This document shows positions 57,800-64,000 of a DNA stretch of 64,000 bases, piece by piece. Positions within the stretch are counted from its first letter, which is position 1; the number at the start of each line of letters is the position of its first letter. A program made the position numbers and the translations under genes. Source of the DNA: a virus (lineage: Duplodnaviria > Caudoviricetes); the IMG/VR virus record IMGVR_UViG_3300025362_000477; one strand, given 5' to 3'. Below the pieces are notes generated by a model. It did no database searches. It was given only the letters and a program-made list of their open reading frames with translations, and was not told the origin of the DNA.

Positions 57800-58469
57800 G
57801 AGTTTCCGCCTTTAGTACATCTGAGATTGGAATGTCTATTCGATCAGGTCTGACTAAATCATTAGTCAAAAACTGTTCGATAATTTGAAAGCATGTAAAA
57901 GTATCAAATATTTTGAAGAAACTTAATTCTTTTAAATTGGGATATGCTTCAATCATATCACAACAATATTCGGGATCCTTATGAATTCTGAAATATGCAA
58001 CATTATCATCTTGAAAAATATTTAGTATTTTAGAATCAGTTAGAATACTAGGATCATCTTTAGTGAACCATGAGTATCCAGACTTGCCATATTTCAACCA
58101 ATTCTTAATTGGTTCCCCTTCATTCCCAGAAGTAAATCTAAACCGAGAATCAACAACTTTATCAAATTGAATGTGTTTCTGAACATCTTCCCATTCATAT
58201 AAATATATATCAGGTATCATAGTATAACCCATACATGATTCTTGAGTAGTTGATATTTTGACACATGGATATAATTTCCCACAGAAACCAATTAATTCAC
58301 CAGTTACATATATTCTATTTCTCTTAGTTTCAAAATCCATTTTACGTAGAATCCTACAATCAATCTTACGAATTGCCTTTGTATGTCTTACAAATGTATA
58401 TGATTTATCATGACCAGTAGTTTTAGTAACTCCGTCATAATAATCGTGAAACTTACTGATAAGTCTCAT
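57738..58469 (-). CDS. Conserved-looking phage hypothetical protein
   Basis: Start at MRLISKFHDYYD; IGFCGKLYP; KAETHGFDKLSFRK. Confidence 0.7.
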   Translation of the reverse strand: MRLISKFHDYYDGVTKTTGHDKSYTFVRHTKAIRKIDCRILRKMDFETKRNRIYVTGELIGFCGKLYPCVKISTTQESCMGYTMIPDIYLYEWEDVQKHIQFDKVVDSRFRFTSGNEGEPIKNWLKYGKSGYSWFTKDDPSILTDSKILNIFQDDNVAYFRIHKDPEYCCDMIEAYPNLKELSFFKIFDTFTCFQIIEQFLTNDLVRPDRIDIPISDVLKAETHGFDKLSFRKDKGKKRRKRN

Positions 58470-58599
58470 CTTCAGCTCCTTTTTTAACTGCCCATTTCCA
58501 GGCAACCCAAAATATAATACCACACACCCATATGAACGGTAGAATATCATTAAACCAGTATTCTAATAATTTCATGGCAATCTCCTTAGATTGGTACTA

Positions 58600-58899
58600 T
58601 CATATATCGCATGAAATTATTGCCTTCTCAAAATCCAGATAATCTTCTATCATATGAACACCTTTTTTCTGATTATTTTTTGGTGGGTTTTTTCTAAAAG
58701 TTACTACTCCACGATCAGAAACTTCTCGTTTTGAAATATACATAATGGTATTTGTATTTAATACTACAATCGCAAAAACATCAACATGTTTATCATCATA
58801 TCGTTTTTCATAATTATTAGGTCCCCTATTATAAGCACAGAGACATACTATTCCATCTATCTCATTCGTAGTTTTAATTTATTCTAGAGTAATACACAT
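58600..58899 (-). pseudogene. Truncated PD-(D/E)XK endonuclease remnant (group I intron-associated type)
   Basis: ...*IKTT...YDDKHVDVFAIV...PPKNNQKKGVHMIEDY; TAA at codon 7; N-terminus absent next to tRNA-Lys. Confidence 0.5.
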
Positions 58900-58908
58900 T
58901 ATATGCAA

Positions 58909-58984
58909 TGGTACACCCAGAGGGACTCAAACCCTCAATTCCTGTCTTAAAAGGACAGTACTCTATCAATTAAGTTATGGGTGC
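58909..58984 (-). tRNA. tRNA-Lys(UUU)
   Basis: CTGTC CT TTT AA GACAG arm, T-loop TTTGAGT, ACCA. Confidence 0.85.
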
Positions 58985-58998
58985 TTCTTCAACGGGAC

Positions 58999-59187
58999 TT
59001 AGTGATGATGTTTATAATTACCAGTACTAACTTCTTCACATACTTTCCATATAGAATTATGTATTAAGTCTTCCTGTCTGGCAGATAAAACTATATTAAA
59101 TTCCTTAAGTCGTTTACCAACCAAATTATCTAGATCGCAGGTGATGTCTCTAACATCTTCCATATTGAAAACTGGATATTCTGACAT
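58999..59187 (-). CDS. Small hypothetical protein
   Basis: Start taken at MSEYP. Confidence 0.5.
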   Translation of the reverse strand: MSEYPVFNMEDVRDITCDLDNLVGKRLKEFNIVLSARQEDLIHNSIWKVCEEVSTGNYKHHH

Positions 59188-59210
59188 GACTCTTCTCCTA
59201 TTATAAAAGC

Positions 59211-59239
59211 ATGGGTGGTCAACTAAGTTGACCACCCAA
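59211..59239. terminator. Strong hairpin downstream of the tRNA-like gene
   Basis: tgggtggtcaac-taa-gttgaccaccca. Confidence 0.55.
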
Positions 59240-59279
59240 TAATGTTCTGTTCTACACATGGTAGCTGAACTTATGAAAA

Positions 59280-59366
59280 TGGAGCCGGAAGCAGGATTTG
59301 AACCTACGACTGTATGATTCCGCTATTAAGCTTGTCACATCCTCTGACCAACTGAGGTATTCCGGC
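59280..59366 (-). tRNA. tRNA-like RNA with a Thr-like body and an expanded 17-nt anticodon region (no canonical anticodon)
   Basis: GCCGGAA/TTCCGGC acceptor, CCTC/GAGG D-stem, TGTGA-[CAAGCTTAATAGCGGAA]-TCATA, TTCAAAT T-loop, TCCA. Confidence 0.75.
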
Positions 59367-59434
59367 AAAGACGAGGAACGTCACGAATGACGTTCCCTAA
59401 AACTCTATCCTACACATGGTAGTTGAGTAAAAAA

Positions 59435-59510
59435 TGGAGCTGATGGAGGAAATCGAATCCCCGACATCGAGATTACAAATCACGCGCTCTACCTACTGAG
59501 CTACACCAGC
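59435..59510 (-). tRNA. tRNA-Thr(UGU)
   Basis: CGTGA TT TGT AA TCTCG arm, TTCGATT, TCCA. Confidence 0.9.
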
Positions 59511-59574
59511 CTAATACATGATGATTACAATTTCTTATATTCACCATGGTTTTTTATTTATTCTAATTTATTTA

Positions 59575-60240
59575 TTAGATTTCAGACTTCTGAGCATCAC
59601 GATCGACGTCCATGAAATAACTTGAACACTGAGCCTGATCCTGTGACATACCTCGATAATAGGTCATATTATCAGAAACAGACTTAAATGCATTCTTGGT
59701 TCCTTTAACAGTGGCACCAAAACTAAGAGTATTGTTTGAACTAATACCCATACCCCGTGCTACAACCATAGCATCCTGATTAGCACCAAGGAATACAAAT
59801 TTCCAATTGAAATCCTTTTCTTGTACAGTAATCATTTTCTCAATCTGAGAATCCTGAGTAAATTCAGTTGATGAATTTTCTTCACCATCAGTAAGAATTA
59901 CAAAGATAACCTTTTCGGGTCGATCTTCTTCTTTCATGACTGCCAGTTTAGCACCAGTTTCATTGATTCCACGACCAACAGCATCTCGCAAAGGAGTACC
60001 GCCTCTAGGAACAAAGTTATCAGTTGATAGTTTCTCCACTTTATCCATAGACTCAAAGTCATTAAGAACTTTGTATGCCTCCACACTATCAAACTGAACA
60101 AGCGTCATAGTGCAATCACCATCAACCTTTTTCTGGTCATCAATAAAAGTATTAAATCCACCAATAGTATCCATTTTAATTGAATTCATTGAACCAGACC
60201 GATCAAGTATAAATGTAATATGTGTATAATCTTTTTTCAT
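59575..60240 (-). CDS. von Willebrand factor A domain protein
   Basis: ITFILDRSGSM (MIDAS), GGTPLRDAVG, ILTDGEENSS, FVFLGAN. Confidence 0.92.
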   Translation of the reverse strand: MKKDYTHITFILDRSGSMNSIKMDTIGGFNTFIDDQKKVDGDCTMTLVQFDSVEAYKVLNDFESMDKVEKLSTDNFVPRGGTPLRDAVGRGINETGAKLAVMKEEDRPEKVIFVILTDGEENSSTEFTQDSQIEKMITVQEKDFNWKFVFLGANQDAMVVARGMGISSNNTLSFGATVKGTKNAFKSVSDNMTYYRGMSQDQAQCSSYFMDVDRDAQKSEI

Positions 60241-60292
60241 ATATTTCCTTTTATAGTTTGAGTGGGCACAAAATGTACCCACTCATAATTAA

Positions 60293-60715
60293 TTAAGCAT
60301 TTTCAGTATCAGAAGCATCATCGACTGAAAGACCATCTTCATCCTCAAGAAGCAAAGCATCGAGTTCTTCCAATGACTTATCCTCGAGTGCATCATCAGA
60401 CTTCTTCTCCTTGATCTCAAGGATCTTCTGTTTGCGGAGTCTCTTAGCACCTGCCAACTTAACCTTCTGAGCTTCCTCAATCTTAACATCGAATACATGC
60501 TTCACAATAGCCAACTTCAACTCTAATGTCTTATCAACATTTGAATTAATAAGACTATCAACTTCAGTATCCTTCTTATTTTTGCTCAACTTAACATAAA
60601 TAGTATTAAGCTGTATTGGTCCAATATCATAAAGATCCTCAATTGCGATCTGACCATTGTAATTGAAGCGGAATTTATCGCGAAGTGCTTTTTCCAACTG
60701 TTTAGATGTAATCAT
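60293..60715 (-). CDS. Helical phage hypothetical protein
   Basis: ALRDKFRFNYNGQIAIEDLYD...LKLAIVKHVF. Confidence 0.7.
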   Translation of the reverse strand: MITSKQLEKALRDKFRFNYNGQIAIEDLYDIGPIQLNTIYVKLSKNKKDTEVDSLINSNVDKTLELKLAIVKHVFDVKIEEAQKVKLAGAKRLRKQKILEIKEKKSDDALEDKSLEELDALLLEDEDGLSVDDASDTENA

Positions 60716-60752
60716 TGTATCTTCCTTTGTTTGTTTAGTGAATTTTGATCAA

Positions 60753-62783
60753 TTAGATCATAACTTTTAACATGCGAGAAGTGTGACCTTCAACCTTCAT
60801 AAGAATATGATCTCGCTTAGTTGAACTGAATCCCAAACCTGATAATTGCATATCAGTAGGTTCGACTTTCATCTTATTTCCTAATGCAGCAAATACCCGT
60901 TTATGGTCCATCAATTCCTGCTGTAAGAACTCATTGAAAAACCCGTTAGGACATTCATCGTTCACACAATCTTGCAGCATAAACATAAAATGCTTATTAC
61001 CGGTAGCATTACCATCCCAGAAATTGGGTGATAACATACATACTGTTACTGGGTTCAAACTATTAATCTTTAAATTACATACTTCTGAATAATTAACAGT
61101 TCCACCATTATCATCCATCATCTCGAGTTTACCATCAGACTTCTTTATCTTAGCGACAGTGACAAATCCAGACCGAGTACCTTCAACGATATTATAATTG
61201 AATATGTTACCATCAAATTCTATCTCTGCTCTGAACCCACTATTACCACCACGATAAGAATATACATCAACCCCGAATTCATAAATACCATTAGGCATTT
61301 TATCAAGATCAGTATATATAATATTCTCAACTGCAATTCCGCGAGGATTCACAATATCAACATCCAACATACCACTTGATGGTTGTCTACAAGCCTTTAT
61401 AGGATAAGATATACGATTCTTTGGCTCAATTGAATGGGCATCAAAGTCGTTCTTATTGTCATCATTCTCATTCCATTGAATACTAAAACGGAGAACTCCA
61501 TTAGTGTTACCACCAGCAGCTTTAACTCGTTCCTTCATAGAATCAGTGATATTACCAGAATATGCCCATGAGAAGTTATTACCCCACTTGAACATTGGTT
61601 TACTATCAGCATGAGCTGGAGCAATTAAGGATACAATATTAGCACGATGACGATTCTCCAACAAGATTTCCATCTTAGTCAGTGAAGGCAATACATCAGC
61701 TATAAACTTATCAATTGATATTTCAGTAGCACGAGTAAACTGTTTTACATTAGTTGGGATACTACCTCCGAGTTCTTCAAAGATATCATCACCACTCATA
61801 CGTTTAGTAGAAGTCCTATCTGCGAATAGAACATTATTAACCGTAATATCATCAATTGTCGCAAACCGTCTACGAAGAGATCTTGTGAATCCCAACCGCT
61901 CAACCGTATCTTTTGCATCAGACAACATCTTCTGAGTGAATACCGGTTTTGGTCGTTTATAATTTGTGGGTGCAACCATTGATTCATATTTACTAATAGC
62001 AACATCAAGATCCATACCTTCGGTGATATTAGTAAGACATACTCCAATTGGATTATTTCTTATTTTACTTACTGCTCCTGAATCTCCAGATTTGAGCCAG
62101 CAGAAGTTATCCTGTGACGGACCAACTGCAATTTGAGCATATTGTTTCTGGAGTTTCTGGAAGCTTTCCAGTAAACCCTTCCATTCAACACCTTTATAGA
62201 TAGAGTCGCTATTGATCAAGTCTAATACCATATCAACTGAATCCAATGAGATAGTTTCGAGTGATCTTTTCAATACATCCTTGCAACTTCTATCTTTATC
62301 CATGAGAGTTTCACATGAAACAATACGATTTTTATTCTGATAAGCTACTGGGATCTTAGCATACATATGATTCCATCGACGAACGGATCCATCAGGTTTC
62401 TGACCCATGTTATGATCCACACCAGCACAAGTCAAATTAGTAATGAATCGATTGGTGACAACATGGGATTTAACGAAGTCTGAAAGGGCCTTGAACACAG
62501 GACCGTAAACATCATCGTCAAACATACAATCCCATACACTGATAAGAGTATTACTATTCTTGATGATAACAACATTTCCAATAGCTCGAACAAACTGCTT
62601 ACAATGCTGACAATCATGCTCTCGTCGTTCCTGATATATCTCATTAGTTCCGATTGGGAAACTGTCAAGATATATGTCCCACATAACATCTTTATCAAAT
62701 GTGACAGTAAAGAGTGTATCACATTTTTTAAACATTTCGTTTACATGTGATTCTAATATAGGTTTCATTTGATTAAACGTCAT
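60753..62783 (-). CDS. Large phage hypothetical protein (676 aa)
   Basis: HDCQHCKQF, APTNYKRP, GVLRFSIQWNE...DFDAH...LDVD...VENI. Confidence 0.8.
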   Translation of the reverse strand: MTFNQMKPILESHVNEMFKKCDTLFTVTFDKDVMWDIYLDSFPIGTNEIYQERREHDCQHCKQFVRAIGNVVIIKNSNTLISVWDCMFDDDVYGPVFKALSDFVKSHVVTNRFITNLTCAGVDHNMGQKPDGSVRRWNHMYAKIPVAYQNKNRIVSCETLMDKDRSCKDVLKRSLETISLDSVDMVLDLINSDSIYKGVEWKGLLESFQKLQKQYAQIAVGPSQDNFCWLKSGDSGAVSKIRNNPIGVCLTNITEGMDLDVAISKYESMVAPTNYKRPKPVFTQKMLSDAKDTVERLGFTRSLRRRFATIDDITVNNVLFADRTSTKRMSGDDIFEELGGSIPTNVKQFTRATEISIDKFIADVLPSLTKMEILLENRHRANIVSLIAPAHADSKPMFKWGNNFSWAYSGNITDSMKERVKAAGGNTNGVLRFSIQWNENDDNKNDFDAHSIEPKNRISYPIKACRQPSSGMLDVDIVNPRGIAVENIIYTDLDKMPNGIYEFGVDVYSYRGGNSGFRAEIEFDGNIFNYNIVEGTRSGFVTVAKIKKSDGKLEMMDDNGGTVNYSEVCNLKINSLNPVTVCMLSPNFWDGNATGNKHFMFMLQDCVNDECPNGFFNEFLQQELMDHKRVFAALGNKMKVEPTDMQLSGLGFSSTKRDHILMKVEGHTSRMLKVMI

Positions 62784-62819
62784 CTTTCTATTCCTTTAAT
62801 TAGATGATTTGTTTGTGTT

Positions 62820-63389
62820 CTATTTGCATTCTTCGAATATTTGAAATTTATACTTATCTGTATGATACATCTTATAGCATTTTAATTGATTAGCTACTCT
62901 TTCCCCTTTAGTCCATTTAAGAGCTTCTAATAAAGATCTATAATCATGTAATGCTTCTGATCGTTTAATATATTGCTTTCCATCATACAATTCTCCAAAC
63001 GAACATCCATTTTTATGTGATAGATGTGACAAAACTTTCTCAGCATGAAAAATCATATAAAATTTAGGATATAACATTTCAGGAACCATTTCCGGTTTAA
63101 TATAAACACGAAATGAATAATAAGACTTCATATAAGTCGGTGTTGAATCACATAGTTTAACTTCATCAATGAAATCAAATTGTGATTTCATTTTCTTTGC
63201 ATGTATCTCCATCGTTTTTCTAGATAAAACACGGGAGTGAGTGAACGGTAGTTTACGAGATTTCTCCAATACGCTATAAAATTTAATACTTACTCTTTTA
63301 TTACTTTCAGTATACATCCTACACCATATCAACCCTCGATCACTTAAAAATTCCTTTAATTGGTTTCTGTATTCAACAATTTTTTCCAT
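62820..63389 (-). CDS. Hypothetical protein
   Basis: 189-aa ORF. Confidence 0.55.
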   Translation of the reverse strand: MEKIVEYRNQLKEFLSDRGLIWCRMYTESNKRVSIKFYSVLEKSRKLPFTHSRVLSRKTMEIHAKKMKSQFDFIDEVKLCDSTPTYMKSYYSFRVYIKPEMVPEMLYPKFYMIFHAEKVLSHLSHKNGCSFGELYDGKQYIKRSEALHDYRSLLEALKWTKGERVANQLKCYKMYHTDKYKFQIFEECK

Positions 63390-63414
63390 CTTATTGTCCT
63401 ACATGAAATGATAG

Positions 63415-63491
63415 TGGCGCGACCTGCGGGATTCGAACCCGCGACGATTGCATCGACAGTGCAGCATTCTACCAGACTGAATTAAGATCGC
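63415..63491 (-). tRNA. tRNA-Asp(GUC)
   Basis: CT GTC GA loop, TTCGAAT, GCCA. Confidence 0.88.
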
Positions 63492-63799
63492 TTTTTTGAA
63501 TTTGCTTTTATTACTTTTTGATACATATTCCATACATTGAGTTTCTCATCATATACTTCAGCAAAAGTTTCTGCATACCCTTTATCAATCCATATTTTAA
63601 ACGACTCATCCCATGATAAATCTTCATGACGTTCATATCTCAATTTTTCAACACATTTCAATTGAATGATAGTTCTGTGAGAATTATTCGGTCCACATAA
63701 AAATTCGATCAATGTACAATATTTGTTATCTCTATGGCAATCACAATCAGAACATACATCATATAAAAATGCCTTAAACTCTTTTTTTGTCATATACAT
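63482..63799 (-). CDS. Hypothetical protein
   Basis: Start moved to MYMTKK because the longer ORF overlaps tRNA-Pro. Confidence 0.55.
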   Translation of the reverse strand: MYMTKKEFKAFLYDVCSDCDCHRDNKYCTLIEFLCGPNNSHRTIIQLKCVEKLRYERHEDLSWDESFKIWIDKGYAETFAEVYDEKLNVWNMYQKVIKANSKKRS

Positions 63800-63818
63800 A
63801 ATCCTTATTTGACTTAAA

Positions 63819-63895
63819 TGGTCGGTGAGGTGGGATTTGAACCCACGATTTTCTGCTCCCAAAGCAGATGGAATCCCAGACTTTCCTACACACCG
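63819..63895 (-). tRNA. tRNA-Pro(UGG)
   Basis: CGGTGTG acceptor, TCTGC TT TGG GA GCAGA arm, ACCA. Confidence 0.92.
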
Positions 63896-64000
63896 TTAAA
63901 ACGAATCCCGCTTTAAAATTAAAACGGGATCTAATGCCAACACCACACATGGTAGTGAGGACGTAAAAATGGAGGTTACCCAGACGGCAACCTCAGCTCC

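Noticed and set aside
1-64000. Genome-wide stop-codon reassignment
   Set aside because: Long genes translate intact in the standard code, and TAA, TAG and TGA all terminate genes here. Only conditional or out-of-window recoding remains possible.
63970-64000. Possible tRNA 3' end at the window edge
   Set aside because: It ends in CCA but folds as a single 9-bp hairpin (GAGGTTGCC/GGTAACCTC) without a T-loop, and it is truncated, so it cannot be called.
1-64000. CRISPR array, integrase or transposase
   Set aside because: No regularly spaced direct repeats and no recombinase or transposase motifs were seen by eye.

Overview
Segment of a large, AT-rich (about 30% GC by eye) dsDNA bacteriophage genome, probably a jumbo phage. 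Genes are densely packed and almost all lie on the minus strand. Left part (1-31 kb): an unsplit multisubunit RNA polymerase beta' subunit and the start of a beta subunit, a Rad50/Mre11 (gp46/gp47-like) pair, and two cassettes with ubiquitin-like conjugation parts (E1/ThiF, E2-like HPN..C proteins, a JAB/JAMM peptidase, and candidate Ubl proteins that both end in Ala-Ala). It also holds five tandem genes sharing only an N-terminal MKxRxGFVSNSSSSSF leader next to a radical SAM enzyme, an SPFH lipoprotein, an NAD salvage pair (NAMPT and NMNAT-Nudix) and several free-standing homing endonucleases. Right part (32-64 kb): a dispersed array of about 20 tRNA or tRNA-like genes, including one with an amber-reading CUA anticodon, one with an expanded anticodon arm and an Asn tRNA with a long variable arm. 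This part also carries a tmRNA, RNA repair and translation genes (KptA, YqeY, an RlaP-like nucleotidyltransferase split by an endonuclease), a high-GC host-like outer-membrane beta-barrel gene and many small hypothetical ORFs. All family calls come from motifs recognised by eye; no database search or structure prediction was run.
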